From the NCBI GenBank assembly GCA_964407715.1, contig CAYOWP010000016.1, positions 1 through 16,616 of the forward strand: a stretch of 16,616 bases of DNA, written 5' to 3'. The DNA is from an uncultured archaeon (GTDB lineage: Archaea > EX4484-52 > JAADEF01). Below, piece by piece: positions 7,955-16,590 of this stretch. Positions within the stretch are counted from its first letter, which is position 1. Each line of letters starts with the position of its first letter. Both the position numbers and the translations under genes were made by a program. The notes beneath the pieces are model-generated. The model had not been told where the DNA came from. It searched no databases and saw only the letters and a list, made by a program, of their open reading frames with translations.

Positions 7955-8690
7955 ACCCTCTATATCCTTCTCTCTCCATTATGTTCTCAATTTCTTGAAT
8001 ATTCGTGGTTGAATAAACAATTTTGCCATCAAGCATTATGTGTATCTTGTTAGGCTTAATATAATGCAACATCTTTTGATTATGGGATATGATTATAAAA
8101 GTCTTTCTCTTCTTTTTATTTAGATCATTAATGATGTTGAATACCTTTTTTAAGGAATCTATATCTAATCCTGTATCTATCTCATCCAATATAATCAATT
8201 CTGGATTTAGCAAGAGCATCTGCAAAATCTCGCTTTTTTTCTTTTCTCCTCCAGAAAGATTCTCATTAATGCCCCTATTCAGAATGCTCTCTCTTAACTG
8301 TAGTTTTTTCATGATATCTCTAACATAGCCTTTAACCCTATCGCTATCCTCTTCACTTTTATATTTATGATAGATGCTCTGTAAGAAAAACATCATATTT
8401 ACATGCTCTATTTCAGGAGGTGTTTGAAAAGATAAAAAGATACCTTCCCTTGCTCTTTCATATGGTTTGAGAGAGGTAATATCCTTGCCTTTATATAATA
8501 TCCTACCACTTAAAATTTTACATTTTGGATTTCCCATAATCGTAAAACATAATGTTGATTTTCCAGAACCATTTGGGCCGAAGATGGAATGTATCTCGCC
8601 CTCATTAATTTCCAAGTTAATATCCTCCAATATCCTTTTATTATCAATACATACATTGAGATTCTCTATCCTTAGGATTTCCTTTGACAT
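7944..8690 (-). CDS. sufC: Fe-S cluster assembly ABC ATPase SufC
   Basis: Walker A GPNGSGKST, ERAREGIFLSFQTPPEI, NENLSGGEKKK, Walker B LDEIDTGLDIDSL. Start placed at ATG 8690 after SD GGTGA (the track start is 8702). Confidence 0.92.
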   Translation of the reverse strand: MSKEILRIENLNVCIDNKRILEDINLEINEGEIHSIFGPNGSGKSTLCFTIMGNPKCKILSGRILYKGKDITSLKPYERAREGIFLSFQTPPEIEHVNMMFFLQSIYHKYKSEEDSDRVKGYVRDIMKKLQLRESILNRGINENLSGGEKKKSEILQMLLLNPELIILDEIDTGLDIDSLKKVFNIINDLNKKKRKTFIIISHNQKMLHYIKPNKIHIMLDGKIVYSTTNIQEIENIMEREGYRGFRS

Positions 8691-9594
8691 ATAAATCACC
8701 ATTACATAAGAATTTTTTTATAATTATTTCCTTAATGTTTTTCTTTGAAAAACCTCTTGATTGCATATAAAATATATCCTCATCTCTTAGCCTTGTTGTG
8801 TTTGCTCTATGAGTTGCCTTTACATCCTTTGTATGAATTTCCAATCCTGGAATGAACTCTATGTTGCCTTGTTCCAATAGCATTCCTTTTTGATGTATAT
8901 CTGTCTTGCTCTTATATGCTCCTTTGGTCATTTTGACTAAAACATTGGAAATTATCTTAGATTTGTTTTTTACTAATGCTTTATTTACTATTTTTGATTC
9001 TGTTTTTGGCATAAGATGAATAACATTATATTTCATATCTATGGATCCTTCCTTATATGAATATAACCTTGAGGATATTCTTGCTTTGGCTTTCTCTTTT
9101 AACGCAATGTCTATTCTCTCTTTTATATTTCCTTTGCTCGCTATCTTCTCAAAAAGATTTAATTCACTACTCTTATCCATATCAATCCTAAAAAATACAA
9201 AACAAGAAGTCTTTTCATCAAAATTAACATCATTAATGAGATTTAATTTGGTATCTCTTTTAAGGTTTATGTTTATTACACTATCATTTAAAGAATCTCC
9301 ATCTAAATTAAATGCCCTCTTATAATATCTTAATGAAGATTTTACATTGTTTTCTATGTTGATATCAATCCTTATAGGATATGGGCTATCATATATCTGC
9401 ACTATCTGAATATCTTTATTAGTGAGGAAATTTATTGTTAAATAATATTTATATTTTTTATCAACAAATCCTTCTTTGCCTTCCTCTATCTTTATGTCCA
9501 ATTCTTTTTTATTAAGATAGCGATATATTTTATCGCCTAAAAATATGTTGTTCCCCTTTATTATGATAGCATCACCATACATCATATTTTTCAT
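8644..9594 (-). CDS. sufD: SufD-like Fe-S cluster assembly protein (divergent)
   Basis: beta-helix-type composition with C-terminal IPGLEIHTKDVKATHRA and IFYMQSRGFSK; lies between sufB and sufC; SD GAGGTG upstream. Confidence 0.82.
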   Translation of the reverse strand: MKNMMYGDAIIIKGNNIFLGDKIYRYLNKKELDIKIEEGKEGFVDKKYKYYLTINFLTNKDIQIVQIYDSPYPIRIDINIENNVKSSLRYYKRAFNLDGDSLNDSVININLKRDTKLNLINDVNFDEKTSCFVFFRIDMDKSSELNLFEKIASKGNIKERIDIALKEKAKARISSRLYSYKEGSIDMKYNVIHLMPKTESKIVNKALVKNKSKIISNVLVKMTKGAYKSKTDIHQKGMLLEQGNIEFIPGLEIHTKDVKATHRANTTRLRDEDIFYMQSRGFSKKNIKEIIIKKFLCNGDLYVKGNPKDRESQCMY

Positions 9595-9613
9595 AATATC
9601 ACTTTACACCTCA

Positions 9614-10948
9614 TCAAATCTCATTTTCAATTTCCAATCTTATAAGTTCATTAAACTCTGCAGTATATTCCAATGGGAACTCCTTTATCAGTTCTTTGAT
9701 AAAACCAAGCACAATCAATGTCTCTGCCTCTTCTTTTTTAAAACCTCTACTCATAAGATAAAATAGCATCTCGTCCTCTATCTTTCCAGTCATAGCCTCA
9801 TATCTCAAATTTGCATTTTTTTCCTCAATTATATTACTTGGGATTGTCTTCCCCTCTGAAACATCATCCAATAAAAGCATATCACATCTTGAGTAATTCT
9901 CCGCATTTCTTGCATGTTTATTTATTACAACCTTTCCTCTATTGATGTTCTTACCTCCTTTCCTGCTGATTGATTTTGATATTATCTTTGATTTTGTATT
10001 TTTACCTATATGAAATACCTTGCTCCCCACATCCAATATCTGTCCTTGAGAAGCATAATTCATGCTCAGTATATTAGCTCTTGCATAATCTCCAAATAAA
10101 AGAATAGAAGGATGCTTTATGGTAATCTTGCTACCTATATTGCTTTCTATCCATTCTATAGTGGCATTTTTATGCACATGAACCTTTTTAATCACAAAAT
10201 TGTATATATTCTTTGACCAATTTTGAATTGCTATATGTTTTAATCTCGCATTTTCCTTTAATAATATCTCCGCTACTCCCACATGAAGGGAATATGATGA
10301 ATAATAAGGGGCAATACATCCTTCTATATACTCCATCTCTGCTCCTTTATCCAATATTATTAATGTTCTCTCAAACTGACCAAAAAGTGGTGTCTCAACT
10401 CTAAAAAAGGTATGGATTGGAAGCTCCACTTTTGTATTCTCTGGAACATATATAAAACTTCCTCCAGACCATACAGCAGTGTTAAGTGCTGCAAATTTGT
10501 CTTCCCTTGGAGAAACAATTTTCCCAAAGTATTCTCTAACAAGATCCTCATGCTTCTTCAATGCTCTATCAGTATCCAAGTATATTACCCCTAATTTCTT
10601 TAGATATTTTTTTATTTTGTGATATATTATATTGGAATCAAATTGCGTTGATAATCCTGCAAGAAATCTCTTCTCAATCTCTAATAGGTTTAGATTATTC
10701 AATACCTCACGAACCTCCTCTGGAATATCTTCCCATTTATCTGATTTTGGGATATTTTTATCAGTATAATATGTAAGCTTCTCAAATTCAATTTCTTTTA
10801 TCTTTGAAAGCCATGATGATAAAGGCATGCTCTTGAAAATTCTATATGCCCTTATTCTTTTTCTTAGCATCCACTCAGGCTCCTTTTTTATTTCAGAGAT
10901 TTTTCTAATAGTATCCTCATTCAAACCCTTAATAATAAGAGGTTTCAT
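9614..10948 (-). CDS. sufB: Fe-S cluster assembly scaffold SufB
   Basis: KGLNEDTIRKISEIKKEPEWML, FAALNTAVWSGGSFIYVP, GQFERTLII, YIEGCIAP, IQNWSKN, SKIISKSIS, SRCDMLL, LFYLMSRG, FPLEY. Confidence 0.95.
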   Translation of the reverse strand: MKPLIIKGLNEDTIRKISEIKKEPEWMLRKRIRAYRIFKSMPLSSWLSKIKEIEFEKLTYYTDKNIPKSDKWEDIPEEVREVLNNLNLLEIEKRFLAGLSTQFDSNIIYHKIKKYLKKLGVIYLDTDRALKKHEDLVREYFGKIVSPREDKFAALNTAVWSGGSFIYVPENTKVELPIHTFFRVETPLFGQFERTLIILDKGAEMEYIEGCIAPYYSSYSLHVGVAEILLKENARLKHIAIQNWSKNIYNFVIKKVHVHKNATIEWIESNIGSKITIKHPSILLFGDYARANILSMNYASQGQILDVGSKVFHIGKNTKSKIISKSISRKGGKNINRGKVVINKHARNAENYSRCDMLLLDDVSEGKTIPSNIIEEKNANLRYEAMTGKIEDEMLFYLMSRGFKKEEAETLIVLGFIKELIKEFPLEYTAEFNELIRLEIENEI

Positions 10949-11037
10949 AATTCATTATATTGGGATATATTTTTTATAAAATATGATCAATAAATTTTAT
11001 TCCAAAGGTATTGTCCAACAATTTTTAATAGGGATTT

Positions 11038-11122
11038 GTTAACGAGAAATCTCGCTCTTACAATCGCATTAGCTCTACAAGGTTTGCTGCTTTGAGACGC
11101 TTTCTCAGGAGCTATGTTCCCC
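11038..11122. repeat. Solitary, shortened and diverged copy of the palindromic element found at 3741-4283
   Basis: Collinear blocks shared with unit B: GTTAACG.GA, TCGCT, TCGCAT, AAGGTT..CTGCT, ACGCT and terminal TAT.T..CCCC. Confidence 0.6.
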
Positions 11123-11124
11123 AT

Positions 11125-11134
11125 TTTTTTAAAT
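11125..11134 (+). promoter_or_regulatory. Putative TATA box for serS
   Basis: TTTTTTAAAT about 26-35 nt upstream of ATG 11160; no SD, consistent with a leaderless mRNA. Confidence 0.45.
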
Positions 11135-11159
11135 AATATGACGGTATAATTTATAGTTT

Positions 11160-12434
11160 ATGTTAGATATCAAATTCATCATAGAGAATAAAGATGTTGT
11201 ATTAAAGGATCTAAAGAAAAGGAATGAAGAAGATTTTATACCAAAAGTAGATATAATGATTAAGCATTACAAGACATATAAGAGATTAAAAAAAGAGATT
11301 GATTCTTTAAGACATGAAAGAAATATCCTTATAGAGGAAATAACAAACAAAAAAAGGAAAAATCAAAGTGCTGAAAAAGAAATAAAAATGATAAAAGAAA
11401 TCTCAGAAAAGATAAAAGTACTTGAGAAAGAAATACAAAAAGAAAAAGAGGCATACTTAGAGATTCTCTATGAGATACCAAACATCACACATGAATCTGT
11501 ACCATATGGAGAAGATGAGAATGACAATGAAATCGTAAGGACGGTTGGGAAAAAAAGAGATTTTTCTTTTACTCCTCGGGATCACATAGAGATATTTAAA
11601 AAAAGAGGATGGTTTGATTTGGAAAGAGCAGCCAAGGTATCTGGTTCAAGATTTTACTATCTAAAGGGAGATATCATAAAATTGGAGATTGCACTGATTA
11701 ATTATGCCTATGATTATCTAACGCAAAAAGGTTTTGCTTTCTTCTCTGTACCCATGCTTGCAAGGGAATTTGCATTCTTTGGTACAGGTTTTCTACCAAA
11801 GGGCAAGGAGGATCTATATAAAATAGAGGGGGAGGATTATTATCTTATAGGTACTGCCGAAGTTCCATTAGGTGCTTATCATGCTAATGAGGTCTTGCTT
11901 GAAGATGAATTACCATTAAGATATGCTGGGATAAGCTCATGCTTTAGAACAGAGGCAGGAAGCCATGGCAGAGATACAAAAGGCATATTCAGAGTGCATC
12001 AATTTGAAAAGGTAGAGATGTTTTCTTATGCTCATCCTGAAAGATCATGGGATGAACATGAGTTCTTAATAAAAACAGCAGAAGAGTTCTATCAAAGCTT
12101 AGGTATTCCTTATAGAGTTGTGAACGTATGCAGCGGAGATCTCGGCCCTGTAGCGGCAAAGAAATATGATATCGAGGCCTGGTTACCTGGACAAGGAAAA
12201 TATAGAGAAATTTGTTCTTGCTCAAATACAACAGATTATCAAGCAAGGAGATTAGAGATAAAATATAGGAGAAAAGAAGGAGAAAAGCCAAAAGGATATG
12301 TGCATACATTGAACAGCACACTTACCGCTTTACAAAGAACCATTATTGCTATTGTAGAGAATTATCAAAATGAGGATTGCACAATAACAATACCAAAGAT
12401 TTTAAGACCTTACATAGGAAAAGATATTCTGTAA
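11160..12434 (+). CDS. serS: Serine--tRNA ligase (canonical/bacterial type)
   Basis: MLDIKFI, N-terminal coiled coil, IPNITHESVPYG, YLIGTAEVPL, motif 2 FRTEAGSHGRDTKGIFRVHQFEKVE, EICSCSNTTDYQARRL, motif 3 HTLNST..QRTIIAIVENYQ. Confidence 0.97.
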   Translation: MLDIKFIIENKDVVLKDLKKRNEEDFIPKVDIMIKHYKTYKRLKKEIDSLRHERNILIEEITNKKRKNQSAEKEIKMIKEISEKIKVLEKEIQKEKEAYLEILYEIPNITHESVPYGEDENDNEIVRTVGKKRDFSFTPRDHIEIFKKRGWFDLERAAKVSGSRFYYLKGDIIKLEIALINYAYDYLTQKGFAFFSVPMLAREFAFFGTGFLPKGKEDLYKIEGEDYYLIGTAEVPLGAYHANEVLLEDELPLRYAGISSCFRTEAGSHGRDTKGIFRVHQFEKVEMFSYAHPERSWDEHEFLIKTAEEFYQSLGIPYRVVNVCSGDLGPVAAKKYDIEAWLPGQGKYREICSCSNTTDYQARRLEIKYRRKEGEKPKGYVHTLNSTLTALQRTIIAIVENYQNEDCTITIPKILRPYIGKDIL

Positions 12435-12442
12435 TGCCAAAC

Positions 12443-13321
12443 TCATCTTCTAATTTGCTCCTTGACATATAGCATAATCTCCTTGCCTATGTCCTTTCCA
12501 GTTGCCTTCATAAGGCCTTGTATTCCTGGATTCAAGTTAAGCTCTATAACATAACTTTCTCCATTAGGTAATGTTATGATGTCAACAGCCCCTATGTCTA
12601 TCCTCAAAACCTCTAAGGATTTTATGGCAATCTCCTCTTCTTCTTGAGTTGGTGCATAGCTCTCCACTCTTCCTCCAACCTTAACATTTGCTCTAATCTC
12701 TCCTTGCTTGGCAATCCTTTTCATTGCCCCTATTATCCTGCCCCCAACAACTAATATGCGGATATCATATGGATGTTCTACACGTAGATATTCCTGAATA
12801 AGGAACTCTGCCTTTTCCTCAACATTCAATGTGCCTACAAGCTCCCTAAGAGATTCCTCACTATCTATGAACATCACTCCCTTACCACCAGATCCAGAAA
12901 GCAACTTTAATATGATTGGATAATTAAAATCAAGAGATTCAATCTTGCTAATGGATCTCGTATAAATAGTAAAAGGAACAGGAATGCCTTTTTTAGCCAA
13001 ATAAAGAGAGGTTAGGAATTTATCATGCACAATATTTATAACATCCGCTGGATATGGCTTCCTCACATTGTTGAGTTCATATGCAGTAAGTATCTTATGT
13101 CCCTCATTTTTTCTTTTTCCATCTATTCTTGGAAGAACATAGCCGGGTTTTGAGATGTCTCTTCCATTATCAAAGATAGAAACATTATCTCCTTTTATCA
13201 CAAGTTTTACATGTTCCAAAAAAGAAACATCAAATGATATTTTCATTTGCCTTGCACATTCCATGAGTATCTTAGTAGTTTGAGAATACAATCTCGGAAC
13301 CAGGAATAACAAATCTGTCAT
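12443..13321 (-). CDS. RimK/LysX-family ATP-grasp ligase (alpha-L-glutamate ligase-like)
   Basis: DKFLTSLYLAKKGIPVPFT, YPIILKLLSGSGGKGVM, LIQEYL, DIRILVVGGRIIGAMKR, IRANVKVGG, GAVDI, VIELNLNPGIQG. Confidence 0.88.
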   Translation of the reverse strand: MTDLLFLVPRLYSQTTKILMECARQMKISFDVSFLEHVKLVIKGDNVSIFDNGRDISKPGYVLPRIDGKRKNEGHKILTAYELNNVRKPYPADVINIVHDKFLTSLYLAKKGIPVPFTIYTRSISKIESLDFNYPIILKLLSGSGGKGVMFIDSEESLRELVGTLNVEEKAEFLIQEYLRVEHPYDIRILVVGGRIIGAMKRIAKQGEIRANVKVGGRVESYAPTQEEEEIAIKSLEVLRIDIGAVDIITLPNGESYVIELNLNPGIQGLMKATGKDIGKEIMLYVKEQIRR

Positions 13322-13346
13322 AAAATAATAAATAGAAAATATAAAA

Positions 13347-13370
13347 ATTTAAAAAACAAAAATTAATAAA
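13347..13370 (-). terminator. T-rich terminator after rpl12, overlapping a possible TATA box for the RimK-like gene
   Basis: Minus strand TTTATTAATTTTTGTTTTTTAAAT immediately after the rpl12 stop codon. Confidence 0.4.
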
Positions 13371-13836
13371 TTATCCAAACAAAGCTCCTAATCCAGCAGC
13401 TGCCTCTTCTTCTGATTTCTTCTCTTCCTTTTTCTCTTCTTTCTTTTCCTCTGCTGGTTCTTTTGATTGAGTAGTTGAAGGTTGTGCAGCAGGAACAGGA
13501 GCAGAGATAGCCTGGCTCATAGCCTCGTCTATATTAACATTTTCTAATGCAGCAACTAATGCCTTCACTTTTGCATCATCAACCTTAACACCTGCTGCCT
13601 CCATAACCTTCTTTATGTTCTCCTCGTTTATCTCTTTTCCCGCCTTATGCAACAACAAAGCCGCATATATGTATTCCATGATCAACACCCCTTAATCATT
13701 TTAGCATGATTATCCAAACAAAGCTCCTAATCCAGCAGCTGCCTCTTCTTCTGATTTCTTCTCTTCCTTTTTCTCTTCTTTCTTTTCCTCTGCTGGTTCT
13801 TTTGATTGAGTAGTTGAAGGTTGTGCAGCAGGAACA
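13370..13836. repeat. 128-bp exact direct repeat (13370-13497 = 13709-13836) encoding the C-terminal tails of P1 and P0
   Basis: Base-by-base comparison shows no mismatch, including synonymous positions, over [41 protein letters not shown]. Confidence 0.95.
13371..13679 (-). CDS. rpl12: 50S ribosomal stalk protein P1 (archaeal L12)
   Basis: [30 protein letters not shown], acidic hinge and [13 protein letters not shown] tail; SD GGGGTG before ATG 13679. Confidence 0.97.
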   Translation of the reverse strand: MEYIYAALLLHKAGKEINEENIKKVMEAAGVKVDDAKVKALVAALENVNIDEAMSQAISAPVPAAQPSTTQSKEPAEEKKEEKKEEKKSEEEAAAGLGALFG

Positions 13837-14696
13837 TCAATTCCAAGCATGTTCCTTATCTCTTCACCAAGACAAGATGCCAAGGATAAAGCTCTATAAT
13901 GCGCTTTTTGTAATAGCATTTCCATAACCTCTTTTTCATATATCTCAGCATTATATGCCAAGTTAAATGCTTTTTGATGAGCATCGCTTATCTTTAATTT
14001 AAGTGTCTCGGGTATATAGTAATTGGCATTATATGCTAAGTTAAATGCCTCCATTGATGCTTGAGTGATGGCATCATAATACTCCTTCTCATCTATGCTT
14101 AATATCTCTGAATCATATACCACGCCATCCTCATACATAGCCAAGATGTTTAATCCAACAGGAATTGGCTTTATGTTTAATTTCATTAAAATGTTTGCCT
14201 TTTTCTCATCAATGATCTCGCCTTCTTTTGCAATTATGCTATCCTCTTGGATTACTATGCTATTGCCCTGTATCCTTGCCTTAATACCAGCTGATTTAAA
14301 CTCACTTATAATTGGTCCTGGAGGAATGCCAGTATCTCCTGCAGGAACAACAATATCTTGAGGTGCTACATCTCCTGGTTTTGCAAATGTCATTGTCTTG
14401 TTCTTTTCTGCAAATTTATATAGATGAAATGGGTTCTCATTTGTTGTTAATAAACCGACAATCACGGCATTCCTTATATACTCCTTTAATTTCTCAGGAA
14501 GATTTAATTTATCAGCAACTTTCAAAAGTACTCTCTTCTTAATCACCTTTATATTTGCCTTGTTGCTCATTTTTTTCCTTAATTCTTGATATTGTGAGGA
14601 GGGAAGCTTATTAATATCAACAATCCCTATAACCTTTGCTTCCTTTATTCTATTCTCTATATCTCTTGCCATCTGAATTTTGTATTCATTTACCAT
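13710..14696 (-). CDS. rpl10: 50S ribosomal protein P0 (uL10)
   Basis: LPSSQYQELRK, NENPFHLY, AKPGDVAPQDIVVPAGDTGIPPGP, LMKLNIKPIPVGL, GLGALFG tail; operon position. Confidence 0.96.
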   Translation of the reverse strand: MVNEYKIQMARDIENRIKEAKVIGIVDINKLPSSQYQELRKKMSNKANIKVIKKRVLLKVADKLNLPEKLKEYIRNAVIVGLLTTNENPFHLYKFAEKNKTMTFAKPGDVAPQDIVVPAGDTGIPPGPIISEFKSAGIKARIQGNSIVIQEDSIIAKEGEIIDEKKANILMKLNIKPIPVGLNILAMYEDGVVYDSEILSIDEKEYYDAITQASMEAFNLAYNANYYIPETLKLKISDAHQKAFNLAYNAEIYEKEVMEMLLQKAHYRALSLASCLGEEIRNMLGIDVPAAQPSTTQSKEPAEEKKEEKKEEKKSEEEAAAGLGALFG

Positions 14697-14708
14697 CTTT
14701 CAACACCT

Positions 14709-15341
14709 TTATTTTATATCAACCCTTATAGGAACGCTCATTGTCTTCTTTATATAAACGCTTCTTATATTTTGTATTCCATTAGGTAATTTCTTAAGCA
14801 CAGCATTTAAAACTGCATCATAATTCTTTAATATATCTTCCTCTTTCATGTCCTCATATCCTATAACAACTTGAATAATTGGAACATCCCTGACATTAAT
14901 CTTTATGGTATTCTTTAGTTTTTTAATCATTTCCTTAGCATCTACATTTGGAGGAACAGGTCTAGGTATTTTTCCTCTCGTACCCAACATCTTACCAAAT
15001 TCCTTTGTAATCTTAACCATTAACTGTGGCTCTGCTAAGAGATGATCAACTTTCTTTATGATTTTCTTGAATTTCTTCTTATCATTTATAAACTCATTAA
15101 GCATTTCTTCTGTTATACTTACATCAGCAATATCTTTATATTTTTGAGTAAGTAATGTTCCTATAACACCAACTTTTCTTGGTTTGGATAAGGGAGCTGG
15201 TAATAGTATCTCTTCCTTTATCCTGTTATCAGGTCTTTTCAAATCTAAATCTCTTAAGTTGATTATCAACTCTATACTCTGAGTGAAATTTCTTTTTTTG
15301 GAATTCTCATCTAAATATTTGAGTGCCTCTCTTGCTCTCAT
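14709..15341 (-). CDS. rpl1: 50S ribosomal protein uL1
   Basis: KKRNFTQSIELIINLRDLDLKRPDNRI, GKMLGTRGKIPRP, NIRSVYIKKTMSVP; SD GAGGTG. Confidence 0.96.
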   Translation of the reverse strand: MRAREALKYLDENSKKRNFTQSIELIINLRDLDLKRPDNRIKEEILLPAPLSKPRKVGVIGTLLTQKYKDIADVSITEEMLNEFINDKKKFKKIIKKVDHLLAEPQLMVKITKEFGKMLGTRGKIPRPVPPNVDAKEMIKKLKNTIKINVRDVPIIQVVIGYEDMKEEDILKNYDAVLNAVLKKLPNGIQNIRSVYIKKTMSVPIRVDIK

Positions 15342-15353
15342 TAGTTACACCTC

Positions 15354-15839
15354 TCATTCTTTAAAGTAATCTTCATATTTGCCATCATCAATCTCTTTAA
15401 GTATCTCCTTAGGGTCTTTTCCCTCAATGCTAACCCCAGCAGATACACAAGTTCCAATCACAGATTTAACAGCTGATTTTAGTGATTTTATTAGCATTCC
15501 TTCCTTTTTCATTTTTGCTATCTTAATCACTTGCTCCATGCTTAAGTTACCTACAAAATCTCTTCCAGGCTGCTGAGATAGTTTCTCAACTCCAAGTTCT
15601 TTTTTTATAAGTTGGCTAACAGGAGGGGTTCCTACCTCTATTTCAAATTCCTTAGTTTCTTCATCCACAATAATCTTTACTGGCACTTTCATGCCTGCAA
15701 ATGCTTTTGTTTTTTCATTAATGGCATCTATTACTGCCTTAACATTAACTTTAAGCTGTCCTAATGCTGGGCCTAGTGGAGGGGCTGGCGTGGCTTTACC
15801 TCCCTCAACCAATGCATCAATAACTCTTTGCTTTCCCAT
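15354..15839 (-). CDS. rpl11: 50S ribosomal protein uL11
   Basis: [64 protein letters not shown]. Confidence 0.97.
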   Translation of the reverse strand: MGKQRVIDALVEGGKATPAPPLGPALGQLKVNVKAVIDAINEKTKAFAGMKVPVKIIVDEETKEFEIEVGTPPVSQLIKKELGVEKLSQQPGRDFVGNLSMEQVIKIAKMKKEGMLIKSLKSAVKSVIGTCVSAGVSIEGKDPKEILKEIDDGKYEDYFKE

Positions 15840-15854
15840 ATCTCATTGCACCTT

Positions 15855-16292
15855 CTATGAAGTTATCTTTCTTAATAGCTCTAATTTTATAGTGATAGGA
15901 ATAGGGATTGAAACATCAATTAACTCTATCTTTGCCTCTTGTTTTGTTTCATCAACAGAAATTATCTTGGCTTTCTCTCTCTTAAATGGACCTCCAACTA
16001 TCTCCACAATATCTCCCTCATCAAATTTTTGTATGGCAGTTCTTTCTTTGAAGAATCTTTCTATCTCTTCCTTTTTTATGGGTTTTTCAAGTATTCCGCG
16101 AATAAAAGGAAATCCTGTTATGGCTTTTTTTACTGTATCATAATCATCTGCCTCAATCAGAATGTATCCTTTTATTTCTGGAATATATGCCACTGCCTTA
16201 ATAGGTAGTTTCTTGCTCTTTGCATTTATCTCTATGGCATCTATTGCCTGCTTCTCTTTTTTACCTACAACTCTCACAGCATAAATTGGCAA
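15855..16292 (-). CDS. spt5: Transcription elongation factor Spt5/NusG
   Basis: IYAVRVVGKKEK, IKGYILIEA (NGN domain), GDIVEIVGGPFKREKAKI (KOW). Start placed at TTG 16292 because the track's GTG (16301) is part of the SD GAGGTGA. Confidence 0.93.
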   Translation of the reverse strand: MPIYAVRVVGKKEKQAIDAIEINAKSKKLPIKAVAYIPEIKGYILIEADDYDTVKKAITGFPFIRGILEKPIKKEEIERFFKERTAIQKFDEGDIVEIVGGPFKREKAKIISVDETKQEAKIELIDVSIPIPITIKLELLRKITS

Positions 16293-16302
16293 AAGAATCA
16301 CC

Positions 16303-16479
16303 TCAAATCCCTATCTTTAACAAATGAATTAAAACATACCATATCACAAATCCTATAAAACCTACAAGTAATAAGCCTATTCCAGCAATCTTTATGCCTG
16401 CTATAAATTCCTCTCTTGTCGGTCTTTTAAGCAATTTCAATACTCTCTTATATCTCTCAATATATGTTTTTATATCCAT
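16303..16479 (-). CDS. secE: Protein translocase subunit SecE / Sec61-gamma (58 aa; missing from the ORF track)
   Basis: Manual translation MDIKTYIERYKRVLKLLKRPTREEFIAGIKIAGIGLLLVGFIGFVIWYVLIHLLKIGI*, with the RVLKL.K.PT.EEF and G.IGF motifs; conserved position upstream of spt5. Confidence 0.95.
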   Translation of the reverse strand: MDIKTYIERYKRVLKLLKRPTREEFIAGIKIAGIGLLLVGFIGFVIWYVLIHLLKIGI

Positions 16480-16521
16480 AATATGGCCTCTCCTTCTTAT
16501 ACTCTTTATTTTAAGAACTTT

Positions 16522-16554
16522 CCCCTCCTGCCACTCCTGGCAGTACTAACGGGG
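16522..16554 (-). promoter_or_regulatory. GC-rich leader hairpin; candidate ribosomal protein L1-binding autoregulatory site
   Basis: RNA CCCC-GUUAGUA-CUGCCA-GGAG-UGGCAG-GA-GGGG: two stems flanking a 7x2 asymmetric internal loop, in an otherwise very AT-rich intergenic region. Confidence 0.55.
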
Positions 16555-16576
16555 TAAAATTATGAAGATTATTTAA

Positions 16577-16590
16577 TTTTAAAAAATTTA
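16577..16590 (-). promoter_or_regulatory. Putative TATA box of the secE-spt5-ribosomal operon
   Basis: Minus strand TAAATTTTTTAAAA; the predicted start (~16555) falls just before the leader hairpin. Confidence 0.45.

Noticed and set aside
15275-15341. Methanococcus-type L1-binding site in the start of rpl1
   Set aside because: The 5' coding region does not form the required two stems around a GA/asymmetric loop.
142-16208. Remaining short ORFs in the track overlapping identified genes (e.g. 142-399, 2645-2830, 6175-6378, 9041-9325, 11989-12321, 15691-16143)
   Set aside because: They are antisense or alternate-frame shadows of well-supported genes, with no independent motifs or translation signals.
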